NCBI GenBank assembly: GCA_002811645.1
Contig: PDIP01000151.1
Span: 1 to 60,536 of the forward strand
Length of the DNA: 60,536 nt
Direction: 5' to 3'
From: Corallochytrium limacisporum Hawaii
Taxonomy: Eukaryota > Protista > Pluriformea
Of this stretch, positions 43,759 through 54,425 are shown piece after piece. Below the pieces are notes generated by a model, which ran no database searches, was not told the DNA's origin, and was given only the letters and a program-made list of their open reading frames with translations. Numbering within the stretch: the first letter of the stretch is position 1; every line of letters begins with the position of its first letter. A program made the position numbers and the translations under genes.

Positions 43759-46700
43759 ATGGTTCCTTCTCCCAAAGGGTCGACGATGCAGAACCTCAGC
43801 GTGGATACGCTGCTGGACTGCATGAGCCTCTTATACAGGGAATGTGAGCGGTCAGATTTGCGTAGGGACCGCTATGCTGCTCTCTTCCTGGAGCAATACA
43901 AGGACACGGTCGCGGCAATGGAATCAATGCGAGTGACAAAGGCTGACTTCCAGGTTCTACAAACAATAGGACGTGGTGCTTTTGGTGAGGTTTGCGTTGT
44001 GAAGCATAAGAAGAGTGGTCGGATATACGCGATGAAAAGTTTGAACAAGTGGGACATGTTGAAGCGCAACGAAACCGCACACTTCAGAGAAGAGCGTGAT
44101 CTGATGGCTATCGGCAACGTCCGTCACATTACTACCCTCTACTACGCCTTCCAGGACGAGAATACGCTATATCTGGTTATGGAATACTACAGTGGTGGTG
44201 ACCTGCTAACTGTGCTGGACGTGCATGACAATTGTTTCGATGAAGACATGGCTCGGTTCTATACGGCAGAAATCATTGCGGCCGTTGAGAGCATCCACAT
44301 GTTGGGATATATCCATCGAGATTTGAAGCCAGACAACATTCTGTTGGACAACGAGGGGCACATTCGTATTGCAGACTTTGGTTCCTGTACCCAGGTGGAC
44401 GAGAAGGATGGCAAGGTCACATCCAAAATGGCAGTGGGCACGCCAGATTATCTGAGTCCGGAGGTCCTGAAAAGCATGGACAGCAACACTCGATACGGCA
44501 CGGAATGTGACTACTGGAGCATTGGCGTAATTCTGTACGAAATGACCGTCGGTGACTTGCCATTTTCCAGTGATATCCTTACTGAGATGTACGGTAATAT
44601 CCTGAACCACAAGGAAGCACTGGAGTTTCCGGATGATGTCAACCTGAGCCCTGAGTTGGTTGATCTCATAAAACGGCTCTTGTGTGATGAGGAAGAGCGG
44701 CTGGGCCTGAAGACCATGGACGAGCTGAAGGACCATCCATGGTTTAAACAGGGCCAGCGTCCCATTAATTGGGACACACTACTGGAGACAGAACCTCCCT
44801 ATGTGCCAAAGGTTAGTTCTCCAGATGACACCTCCAACTTTGACATTGAACAGGTCATGTCCATGGCTCCGCCGCCCACAGAACGGGGACCTGCAAACAC
44901 TGGAGCGTTTAGTGGTGCAAACTTACCCTTTGTTGGCTACAGTTTTACCAGACAAGCACGCATTCGCCTTAGCCAGAGTGGTGTCGTGGAGAGGATGCGC
45001 AGTGTGTACGATCTTGCAGGCAAGTCCCTGGCATCTTTGCCTGATTTCAAAGGCAGCAACGAAGTGTCGGCATCGGCCTTGAACTTGAACTCGATACGTG
45101 AAGATGAAGTCAATGCCCAGACACAACAGAACATAAATCTGGAGATTCACCACGTCCGGGAATCTGAACTCACGGCACGAATTGAGGAACTTGAGACTGC
45201 CCAACAGCAAGCAGAAAAGGACTCTGAAGCACTGCTCAAGGAACTTACCAGCATGACTCTCAAGTTTGAGAATGCGACTGTGCAGTATGATGCCAAGGTA
45301 GAAGCCAATGAACAGCTTGAGAGTGAAAAAGGCGCTGTAGAGCGATCCCTGCGAGGTGCAATGAATGAAATCAACGACCTTAAGGGAGACTTGGACACTA
45401 TCAAGCAGCGTCTGGAGGCTACAGAGAAGTCCAAGAAATCTGCGGTCAAGATCCAGCAGGATCTCGAAGAGACCATTTCCCGGCTTGAGCAACAAATTGA
45501 AAACAAGACATCACAGCTTAAGGAAGCCCAGAGTTCTTCTAAATCCGATGCTAGCGCTCCTTTGGGAGCTGTTGCGAGCACAGAACTGATCACCTTGCAG
45601 GAGCAGGTCAAGACTCTGAGGCGGAAGGCGGCAGACAGCAACAGAGAAGCTGAGACCCTGGCGGAAGACGTCCGCAAGGCTCGCGACGAGGTACGAGCGG
45701 AGAAGAAGGCTGCAAGGAGTGCCAAGCTGGAGCTGGAGAGTGTGCAAGCTGAACTTGACGATGAGCGCAAGCGCGTCAAGAAGCTGAAGGATGAGATTGT
45801 TGCCTTAGAGGAAGATGCTGCCACCACTGACGCTGGTGAGGCCACAGAGGACTTAAAGGCTGAGATTGAGAAGCTGAAGTCCAGGGCTGAAGAGACCGAA
45901 GATGAGTTGCACGAGGCGAGCCGCGATCGTGCCACCTTCAAGGCCTGCATTCTTGGGCTTATGTCTGGCTTTTCTGGTTCCACTAACGCCCTGACGACCA
46001 TCCTTGGGTCCACTGTGGAGCATGTGCCGGAAGTCGAGGAGGCATTCAAGGGCTGGCGGCCCAAGGAAGCCCCCACGTTAGTGGCAGCCATTGCTGCTGC
46101 GGACGCAGTTGAGTCTAACAAATTGCGTCACGCCCTGGCCGAATTGGAGATCAAGAACAAGACCCTCCAACGGGAGCTGAACAAGGTGAATTCTGAATTG
46201 AAGGAATCGGTCGGACGTGTCAACACCTTGATGAGTACTCGGGTGGGAAGCGTTCGGGTCAAAAATCGCCTGCTGCGTGGCAACTCCGCCGTTTACCGGT
46301 CTCACAAGAAACCGATGTCCAAATACAAGGGCACCGGTTCTGTGGACAATATCATGGGTATTATGAAAAAGGACGAGGAAGAACACGAAGAGAACGAAGC
46401 GCGTCCCACCGACACCGAAACTGCCACTGTCAAACGCCGCGGTACGGACTTTAAGCGCCGTCGCGAAAAGGTGCACCAGCAAGAACTTATTGCCCTTAAG
46501 GCCGACCTAGAAAATCAGTTGAAGGCCAAGGCAGACCTGGAGGATCTGAACCGCGACATGCGGGAAGAGCTACAGGGTCTGAAGGACGAAGTCCACAACC
46601 TTGGTTTGCTTCTTGAAAAGGAACGTCTTGAGAACGAGCGTCTGAACAGTAGTATGGCCGTGCCCGTAGACACTGGTTCCGGTGAAGATATCATGGTAGT

Positions 46701-49059
46701 GGGCGGCCCCACTCTGCACAGCGTGGCCGATCTCGTCGACCGTGCATCTGTTGCTAACCTGCTGGACACTATCGAAGACGAAGAGGAGCCCGTTGCTGTC
46801 ATAGAAGCAGGTCAGAGCCAGCAAGAGATTCTCGTCCCGCAGTCCCAAGGAGTTTCACCTACCGGCTCCACTGACAATGTCCATTTGAGCCCCGCTGATG
46901 CCAGTTCTATCCTTGTCAACGGTGGGTCGTGCAGCGAGAGTTGGAACGTATTGTCAAATGGCACTACTTCCTCTGGGGATTTCCAGAACCAGAACACGCG
47001 CCGTAGCAAGAGTGCCGTTGCCGCCACCCCTCCCTCTGGAAGTAGCGTCAATGCTACTACTGAGGTCCGGATCAGCCTTGTGGAGGCTTCCGAAGTGGAA
47101 TCTTTCCAGCGCGCTATGGCTGGAGGTTTCCCGGTGGTAGATTTCGAGGAAGTACCCGCTGTTGAGGGTCATAAGTTCCGCCATGTTGCGTTGTCCATGC
47201 CTAAGGCCTGCCTGGTGTGCAATCAAATCATCCTCGGTGCTGTTCGACAGAGTGTGCGGTGCATAGACTGTGGCTTCCGTGCCCACCCAGAGTGTCTTTC
47301 GCATGCCACCAACACGGAGCCTTTCGTCTGCGATCCGGAGGCTGTCAAGGCCCGTAAGGGCCAAGGATTGGTTGTACTGGAGCGCACAATGAGTGCTTTG
47401 GTGAAGGAACGCGGCATGTCCCCTCTATTGCACTGCACGCTAACCTATGTGATCAGCGAGAAAGATGCAGGCGACAGTTTGCTGGCAGACTGTAACGTCA
47501 TTCTAACAGACCGTTACCTTTTGGTGCTCTCTCCGAGCCACAGTGGTAACTTCCTGCGCGTTTTGCGCTGCATTGACCTGGCGATGCCCAATGTCCGCCT
47601 CCGCTCGGCCGTTGAGGGAGAGGTTCCTTCAATTGACAAATGGTTCGTCATTGAAACCGGTGGTGGCGACTTAACGCAGGCCGTCGTGATGATGGCACCC
47701 ACCGCAGACGTTCGTAGTACCTTTACGAGTACCCTTCAGTCACTCATCCAACGCGTGACCGCCTTTGAGCTTGTGAGCAAAGAGTCTGCCAGTGCTCTAG
47801 ATGAGATGCGTGCGACCCCGAGCACACTGACAATGGCGCCGCAGATCCGACGTCTGAAACTTTCGTGGTTCGGTCTACCATTCCAACACAAGGGACTGCC
47901 TCGCTTCGTTGTCGGTGGAACTGCTGTGGCGACATCTCCGGTCTCCTCAACCGAAGAGGCTGCCCCTGTGGTGTACGGCGTGCACATGCACAAACAAACG
48001 GCAATTCTGGTCGCTAGCAACGGTATGTTTGCTGTGTCCACCACAGAACGACGCAGCCGCATGCGCAAGATTGTGGACAAGCACATGAGCTACTTTGCCG
48101 TCTGTACCAATGCAGTGACTGACAAGGAAGGCCAGTTCCAAAAACCGACACATCTGATGGCCACACGCACGGAGAAGACAGGTCACGTCCGTATCTTCAA
48201 TCTTGACGCTACTCTCCAGGCTACCGCCCTGGATAAGGCCTTAAAGACCGGCGTCAGTGTCAACGCCCTTTCGGGCACTTCCAAACCTCTGAACTGTGCT
48301 TTCTTCGGACTCATGTCCGCCGCTGTGGCGGTGGAGAAACCCAAGATTGGTGGCCTGCTGCGGAAGTCCACCATCAGGTACACGCGTTCAAGTCCCACTC
48401 GTCCTGCTGCCACTCCCAACAGTACCAGTCCACAGGACGAGTGGGTTTTGTATGCTGTGCAAGGCGACAAGCTATCCGTGATCCACTCAGGAACTGGAAA
48501 ACTGATCCGTCAACACACCATCCCGCCGTCCCAGCTTCCGGAGTCCGCAATTGCCGGTCGGGCCATTGACAAGCGTACAATCGTCCTGCGGGACGCCACC
48601 CGCGGTGTAGTATTCCACCTTGCGGATAATGGGCGTACCAATGCGCTCGTGGCAGCCGACCAGGATCCTTCGCTGAGCATGTTCGCCAACAACGTGAGCA
48701 TGCCCATCGTTGACGTTGTAGGATTAGACCACGGGGAGATTCTTGTTGCCTACACAGGTCTCGGTGTGGTAGTCAATGCACGCAATGGTCGCCGCGCCTC
48801 TGCAACGGAATTCCACTGGACCGCTCGCCCACTGGCTGTTACGATCGAGAGCTTCACGGGTGACGACACTCGTTTGGAACCGGACCGTGTTGTGATTTGC
48901 TACACTCAATCTCACATTGCTGTTCACGACCTGCAGACAGGCGCACTGCGTCAAATCTTGGACTTGGGCAACCCGGCGGCTGCCATGGCCGCTTCGCTTT
49001 CCTTCACAACCACCATGCGCGGCAGCAAGGCCTACGCCAGTTTGCTCTCTCTTGCATGA
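43759..49059 (+). CDS. MRCK/DMPK-family AGC kinase (kinase, coiled coil, DMPK coil, C1, PH, CNH)
   Basis: LSVDTLLD cap, IGRGAFGEV, YAMKSLNKWDMLKR..AHFREERD, HRDLKPDN, AVGTPDYLSPE and LPFVGYSFT hydrophobic motif; long coiled coil; C1 HKF..C..C...C..C...H..C; PH-like and CNH-like regions. Confidence 0.92.
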   Translation: MVPSPKGSTMQNLSVDTLLDCMSLLYRECERSDLRRDRYAALFLEQYKDTVAAMESMRVTKADFQVLQTIGRGAFGEVCVVKHKKSGRIYAMKSLNKWDMLKRNETAHFREERDLMAIGNVRHITTLYYAFQDENTLYLVMEYYSGGDLLTVLDVHDNCFDEDMARFYTAEIIAAVESIHMLGYIHRDLKPDNILLDNEGHIRIADFGSCTQVDEKDGKVTSKMAVGTPDYLSPEVLKSMDSNTRYGTECDYWSIGVILYEMTVGDLPFSSDILTEMYGNILNHKEALEFPDDVNLSPELVDLIKRLLCDEEERLGLKTMDELKDHPWFKQGQRPINWDTLLETEPPYVPKVSSPDDTSNFDIEQVMSMAPPPTERGPANTGAFSGANLPFVGYSFTRQARIRLSQSGVVERMRSVYDLAGKSLASLPDFKGSNEVSASALNLNSIREDEVNAQTQQNINLEIHHVRESELTARIEELETAQQQAEKDSEALLKELTSMTLKFENATVQYDAKVEANEQLESEKGAVERSLRGAMNEINDLKGDLDTIKQRLEATEKSKKSAVKIQQDLEETISRLEQQIENKTSQLKEAQSSSKSDASAPLGAVASTELITLQEQVKTLRRKAADSNREAETLAEDVRKARDEVRAEKKAARSAKLELESVQAELDDERKRVKKLKDEIVALEEDAATTDAGEATEDLKAEIEKLKSRAEETEDELHEASRDRATFKACILGLMSGFSGSTNALTTILGSTVEHVPEVEEAFKGWRPKEAPTLVAAIAAADAVESNKLRHALAELEIKNKTLQRELNKVNSELKESVGRVNTLMSTRVGSVRVKNRLLRGNSAVYRSHKKPMSKYKGTGSVDNIMGIMKKDEEEHEENEARPTDTETATVKRRGTDFKRRREKVHQQELIALKADLENQLKAKADLEDLNRDMREELQGLKDEVHNLGLLLEKERLENERLNSSMAVPVDTGSGEDIMVVGGPTLHSVADLVDRASVANLLDTIEDEEEPVAVIEAGQSQQEILVPQSQGVSPTGSTDNVHLSPADASSILVNGGSCSESWNVLSNGTTSSGDFQNQNTRRSKSAVAATPPSGSSVNATTEVRISLVEASEVESFQRAMAGGFPVVDFEEVPAVEGHKFRHVALSMPKACLVCNQIILGAVRQSVRCIDCGFRAHPECLSHATNTEPFVCDPEAVKARKGQGLVVLERTMSALVKERGMSPLLHCTLTYVISEKDAGDSLLADCNVILTDRYLLVLSPSHSGNFLRVLRCIDLAMPNVRLRSAVEGEVPSIDKWFVIETGGGDLTQAVVMMAPTADVRSTFTSTLQSLIQRVTAFELVSKESASALDEMRATPSTLTMAPQIRRLKLSWFGLPFQHKGLPRFVVGGTAVATSPVSSTEEAAPVVYGVHMHKQTAILVASNGMFAVSTTERRSRMRKIVDKHMSYFAVCTNAVTDKEGQFQKPTHLMATRTEKTGHVRIFNLDATLQATALDKALKTGVSVNALSGTSKPLNCAFFGLMSAAVAVEKPKIGGLLRKSTIRYTRSSPTRPAATPNSTSPQDEWVLYAVQGDKLSVIHSGTGKLIRQHTIPPSQLPESAIAGRAIDKRTIVLRDATRGVVFHLADNGRTNALVAADQDPSLSMFANNVSMPIVDVVGLDHGEILVAYTGLGVVVNARNGRRASATEFHWTARPLAVTIESFTGDDTRLEPDRVVICYTQSHIAVHDLQTGALRQILDLGNPAAAMAASLSFTTTMRGSKAYASLLSLA

Positions 49060-49157
49060 ACACATCAATACTACAATCAAAGTATATACAACAATAATCG
49101 TAACTAATTGCTCCCACTGCTATATTTCAAACAAGCGATTCGTGCAAGCAAGGGGTT

Positions 49158-52100
49158 CTATCCTGTACCTCTCAGTCGATCCGGTTCCCTGTCCCGCTCC
49201 TTGTGGCTGCCGGAATGTCGCCGCCTGGCCCTTTCTTCTGAGCTGACAATAATGTCCGTCCTCCCTGTACCGCCCAACACATCTGGACCGCCCGCCTGCC
49301 ACGAATTCCGGCCCGAGGGCCTGACCGGAATCTGACCGAGGACAACGCGATTATAAATAGCCTTCGTGTTGTGATTGTGCCGCTGAGCATCCAGTAGCTG
49401 ATAGGTGGCGTAAACGTGATTAAAGGTCCGTTGCCGGATGCTACGGATAGCCAACTTGCGGGGAATGCCAAGGCGAGCCATGTCGAAGAGTATGTCGTCA
49501 TCAATTAGATCGGCGTTGGCTGTGTCCGGAGTAAGGGCTTCGGACACCCACGGTTGCTGTACCAAGTCCGCGATCGTAAGCCTCGCACTGCGTTCGTTTG
49601 CGAGCAGGCCATTCAACAACATCACGACCGGAAGCGGCCACGAGAAGTTGTCGCCGTCCTGCAGGTAGACGGGCAAAGCAGGGTCCGACACGCTGCCGCC
49701 ATTGCTTGCGGGGGTGCCACGACCGCTACTGGTGGGCGTGACGGTGTTGGGCGTGCCCGACTTGCTGCCACCAGTCGGTGTACCTGGGATGGGACGTAGC
49801 CCAGGGATGGCCTCAGTGCTCCGCGACTGCGGACTGTGGATGTTGATTGAGCCCATGAGCTTGCCTTTGTGTTGCAAGATGTCCTGTACGCTGCCAAACG
49901 GAAACTTACCGCGCAATAACAGATACAGCATGACTCCGAGTGCCCACATGTCCACCTCTGGTCCAACATTTGTGTTCCCCTTGATGATTTCGGGAGCCAT
50001 ATACGGCACAGATCCACAGGGACCCACATCGTAACCGTCTTCATGTCTAGCTTGCATTGTGGAAAATCCGAAATCAAACACCTTTATCGTGTTGGTACCT
50101 CGCTCCACCAGGCAATTGTCAAGCTTGAGATCGCGATGGACAATGCCACGATTGTGCATGTACCGCACGGCGCTCACAATGCCTCCGAAATAGTACTGCG
50201 CTTGCTCCTCCGAAAGGCCTCCAATGGGTCCACCTTCATTTCCCTCCGCTGCCGCAAGCATCTTATTATGATGCACCTGCTCACTCACGAATTCCAAGAG
50301 TGTCTTGCCCGGGATATATTCACAGACCAGGAACAGTCTTTCTGGTCGGCTGATAATCTCACAGAGCTGTACAATGTTGACATGCTTCAATACTTTCCAG
50401 ATCCGCAGCTCGTCGTGAATGTGGGCCGCATTGCGCACATTGGTATCGATTATCTTGATGGCCACATTGCGTCGCGTTGATCGATGTTTTGCCTTAAGGA
50501 CTGCACCATAGGTCCCGGCCCCGATAATGGACATAACCTGATAATTGCCAATGTAATCCCCGACTCCACTCAGGTTCCGAAGCAGGGTCTCGGAACTGTG
50601 GTGGTCGGGTCCTGTCGATTGCGAGCTATACGAGCCGCCTGAGTCCTCCATGTACCGATCGTGCATACGATCGCGGTGGTGGTGGCTGCCAAGGTGGTGA
50701 TGCCGAGTATGCCCACTATGATGGTGATGGTGATGATGACGCAGGTGGTGATTGTGACCGGGCTGGGTGAGGTGGCTGTGACTGTGGGAACGACCAGTCC
50801 GACTTGGAGATCTGTTGCTCCGATCAATGAGACGAAAGTGGCCTTGAAAGTGTTGCTTCAGGCTGCGCTGCAGCCGCATAATATACAGTTTGGAATCATC
50901 ATGCTTCACCTGATCTATATTGCACTTGAAGCGGATCGAGGTGCCATCTGAGTGGAGCGTATCCAAATCCACAGATCCGTGTTCAGGCAGATAGTTGAGG
51001 TGCTTAACCTGGGGGAACACATCACTAATGTTTCTGCCAAGGTACTCCGTTGACTTTTGTTCCAGACCCAGTAAGAAGCTTGTGAGATGATTGTAGGAGC
51101 GGATAATTCCTTTCTCATCAAAGCTAATCACGCCCTGAATCTCATTCCTGCCCACGTCCCGAATCTCGGCCATAAAAACTCTTTCCTTATTGCTAAGTGT
51201 CTTCTCCACTACCAGTAGGGATATGGGAATGATGTGTCCCGTCCGTGTCTTTGCCTCCATAGCGCGAGGCTTACCGATGACCTTACTCTCGCCGGTTTCC
51301 AGGTACTTTTCAATGTACTTTTGGTGCTGAAATTTGTGCTGGATTGGCATGATGATACTCAGAGGTTGTCCGATCATTTCCTCACTTGTGTAGCAGAAGA
51401 TCTCACAGGTGACTTCATTGACACCGAGGATCTTTCCGTCCGTGCCTGCAACGATCTTGCCGAAGTCCTCTACGATTGGTTCCACTGTCGCATAAAAGTT
51501 AACATCACCATCCGTTCGGACGTCGCTCACAGTGAGACGCACTGTGATCAATGTGCCTGAACTATGTACGGCCTCTACTTGACGACTTTGTCCAATAATG
51601 TGGGTTTTGCCCGTCTCCATATACTGATCGATAAAGTGCTGATGTACCGCACGGTACGGTTCCGGCATTAGCATTTCCACATTCTTGCCAATCATTTCTT
51701 GGGGTGTGTACCCAAATATTTCAGCGCAAACCTCATCAACCATATGGATCTGCGAGTCCGGGCCCATGGTCAGGAACCCAGTCTTACAATCGAAGGCGTT
51801 TACCCGTTTGTTCGCTGCGCGATGCTTCCTCATATTTCGCAATGACTTCTGGTTATCAGCCCGTTTGGTACTCGCAACCGAGTGTTGCCGCATAGATTTG
51901 TCCAGATATGGTAGTCCATTCCTCACAGGTGAGTGCATTCCGGCCGGAGCCTTCCAACCTGTCCGCTTACGCTCCAATTCGGGGGTGAGGGTGAGTTTCA
52001 TATTTGCCATTTCCGCAGTCATCTCCAGCGCCGGATCAGCGCTGTGGGGTGAAGTCAGGGGCTTTCGCGCTGGCATCTGTTTATTGGGTCGCTTTTCTGT

Positions 52101-52274
52101 ATCACTATCATACGATTTCTCCCTAATAACTGTACGCAGTCCATCATAGCCATCAACTGAATGCGAGTCGAGATCAATGGGTGCTTCAATGTGCTGTACC
52201 GATCCCAGCTGCTGGGCCATCGCTTTGGCCTCTTTCTCCGCCCGCGTACTCTGCGGGTGGTTTTCTTCAGTCAT
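49158..52274 (-). CDS. PAS-PAS-PAS / His-rich / AMPK-MARK-family Ser/Thr kinase / UBA protein
   Basis: First ATG at 52274 (acaccATG). Two FixL-like PAS domains and a third degenerate one; kinase motifs IGAGTYG, VAIK, HRDLKLDN, DFG, CGSVPYMAPE, GPEVDMWALGV; UBA-like DDDILFDMARLG...HVYATYQLL. Confidence 0.9.
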   Translation of the reverse strand: MTEENHPQSTRAEKEAKAMAQQLGSVQHIEAPIDLDSHSVDGYDGLRTVIREKSYDSDTEKRPNKQMPARKPLTSPHSADPALEMTAEMANMKLTLTPELERKRTGWKAPAGMHSPVRNGLPYLDKSMRQHSVASTKRADNQKSLRNMRKHRAANKRVNAFDCKTGFLTMGPDSQIHMVDEVCAEIFGYTPQEMIGKNVEMLMPEPYRAVHQHFIDQYMETGKTHIIGQSRQVEAVHSSGTLITVRLTVSDVRTDGDVNFYATVEPIVEDFGKIVAGTDGKILGVNEVTCEIFCYTSEEMIGQPLSIIMPIQHKFQHQKYIEKYLETGESKVIGKPRAMEAKTRTGHIIPISLLVVEKTLSNKERVFMAEIRDVGRNEIQGVISFDEKGIIRSYNHLTSFLLGLEQKSTEYLGRNISDVFPQVKHLNYLPEHGSVDLDTLHSDGTSIRFKCNIDQVKHDDSKLYIMRLQRSLKQHFQGHFRLIDRSNRSPSRTGRSHSHSHLTQPGHNHHLRHHHHHHHSGHTRHHHLGSHHHRDRMHDRYMEDSGGSYSSQSTGPDHHSSETLLRNLSGVGDYIGNYQVMSIIGAGTYGAVLKAKHRSTRRNVAIKIIDTNVRNAAHIHDELRIWKVLKHVNIVQLCEIISRPERLFLVCEYIPGKTLLEFVSEQVHHNKMLAAAEGNEGGPIGGLSEEQAQYYFGGIVSAVRYMHNRGIVHRDLKLDNCLVERGTNTIKVFDFGFSTMQARHEDGYDVGPCGSVPYMAPEIIKGNTNVGPEVDMWALGVMLYLLLRGKFPFGSVQDILQHKGKLMGSINIHSPQSRSTEAIPGLRPIPGTPTGGSKSGTPNTVTPTSSGRGTPASNGGSVSDPALPVYLQDGDNFSWPLPVVMLLNGLLANERSARLTIADLVQQPWVSEALTPDTANADLIDDDILFDMARLGIPRKLAIRSIRQRTFNHVYATYQLLDAQRHNHNTKAIYNRVVLGQIPVRPSGRNSWQAGGPDVLGGTGRTDIIVSSEERARRRHSGSHKERDREPDRLRGTG

Positions 52275-52958
52275 GGTGTTCGAATCAACAGACCCGCAGC
52301 ATGTGTGGTCCACGACCAATTCCGCCGCTTGTGTACACGGCAATATACAGAGTCCCTATTCGAATCTCATCGTCCTCTATTTATGTCACCTCCTACGGAG
52401 CGCTATATTCTTACGATTCCACCGTCTTCTGGGATCTCAGAGATTCATCTCCAAGCTGATCACGTCACACGCTTTGCGGCTATTAGGACACGTTGTGTAC
52501 CTTCATCTGATCTACACGATGCATAACGGCATGAGTCCAATTCTTTACTTGGATTTGCATGGCCGCATTTGCCGTTCTGCGGCCGTAGCAAACCCCCATC
52601 CCCGCCCTTCACTGGCTCTCTCCCCTTTGCCTCTCGCTCTCCCTCTCTCTCTCTCTCTGTCTATGCCAGCCACTCCCTCACGCCGTGAATTTCCTTTGGG
52701 TTTGCTGCCAGTGTGTGCGGTCAGGGGACCTCCTCAGTTCCGCGGGGCTGGACAGTGTAAATGGCCCCGTGAGACCCGCAAGACCAACGAAGGAAAAAAA
52801 CCCAAAGGGAGCGAGAGCAAGAAGAAGAAGAAATAAGGAAAAAGGGAGTGACGCAGGAGAAAAAAGGCACCCCACTGCCGCCGCCCCCTCCACTTTTCTC
52901 TCTTTTGGTCCTCGGGAGAAAAACTATGAAAGCCGGGGGTTGGGGGGGGGGGCGAAAG

Positions 52959-53149
52959 NNNNNNNNNNNNNNNNNNNNNNNNNNNNNNNNNNNNNNNNNN
53001 NNNNNNNNNNNNNNNNNNNNNNNNNNNNNNNNNNNNNNNNNNNNNNNNNNNNNNNNNNNNNNNNNNNNNNNNNNNNNNNNNNNNNNNNNNNNNNNNNNNN
53101 NNNNNNNNNNNNNNNNNNNNNNNNNNNNNNNNNNNNNNNNNNNNNNNNN
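52959..53149. other. Assembly gap (N run)
   Basis: Ns flanked by G tracts. Confidence 0.99.
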
Positions 53150-54334
53150 GCTGCCGGGAGGTGGAGAAAGGGGGAGGGGGGGTGGAGCAGGGGCGAGGGG
53201 AATATCGAAACCCCGGGGGGGGGGGAGGACATCGGCAGTGGGGAGACGACACGGACTAAACCGTCCCTGTTTCCGGCCGTGCTCAAAGTTTTATTTTTGG
53301 GTGCCGAGAGGTGGGTACGTTGGGGGACACGAGCACAGGGCAGACACCCGCAGAGCTAAAACTCGACACGTCCTCTCTCGTCATTTGGGATGCGATTGAC
53401 TGCAAAGCCAGTGAAATGCAGCCTGTCGTCCTTCTCTCAGTATATACAAAGTACGCGTAATTCTGTCCACTCATATCTTCTTTTGCATGTCTTTCTCTCT
53501 GCGGTTTCCCCGGTTGTGCAGAGTTTCGCACACACCGGTCGGCGATCTCCCGTGCTCAAAGTAAACTTCTTCAATAGAATTCGTATGACGATTTGGTGGG
53601 GCGGGCGCGGCGGGCTATATTGATGGCTGACCGCCCGGCGCTATTCGCTGTCACCTAGGGTCGTTCTGCCAGAGGTGCCAAGGGGGCCGATCACAAACTG
53701 TTGGGATCCGGGAAGGAACACTTGGGGCCTTGCCTGCGAGACCCGGTCCTGCTGTGCGCCCTGCAGAATTTCTGGTCCCCGTCCGCATCAGCGGAGTGAT
53801 CATCCAGCATCTCATGCTTATAGGCATCATGTGCAGAACCTCGCAGCAGCACATATGCTGTACATCAGCAAGGAGGCCAGAATGATGCGTTTTCTACGCG
53901 CGGCCGCCGGCAGGGGCCCCGGGGGACTTGTGTCCGGTCCTCTAAAATGGCAAATCCCCCTGTCGGGTCCATAACACTACTATACCGAAATAAGGAGGAG
54001 GCAATATTTGGGTGTTCTTTTTTTTTGAAAATGGAGACCAGAAAGAAAGCAAAAGTTTTAAAAAAGAAGGGGGGGGGGGGGGAGAAAAAAGGAATGATAA
54101 AACCGGGGACAAAGGAAAAGTTCACACCCGTAAAGCAACCCAAATAAAAAATAACACTAACACACACACACACACACATACCCACCCTTCTTTGCCTTTT
54201 TCGAACCTTTGAGTACTCGTACGTAGTGGGAAAACGGGAGGCCGTTCTTGTTTTCTAAACGGTGTCTCTCCGTTACGCCTTGATTTGGTCACGTGTCCCC
54301 ACGCCGCAAGCGCATTTCTCCCGCTGGGACTCGG

Positions 54335-54425
54335 GGTCCGTAATTATAGTATACGGCATTATTGTTTTAATATAACTATAGATATATTGTCATATATAAT
54401 AATATACTTAATAATTGAATTTTAC
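54335..54425. promoter_or_regulatory. AT-rich island
   Basis: About 90 bp strongly AT-rich block; the minus strand reads ATGCCGTATACTATAAT, related to the other islands. Confidence 0.3.
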
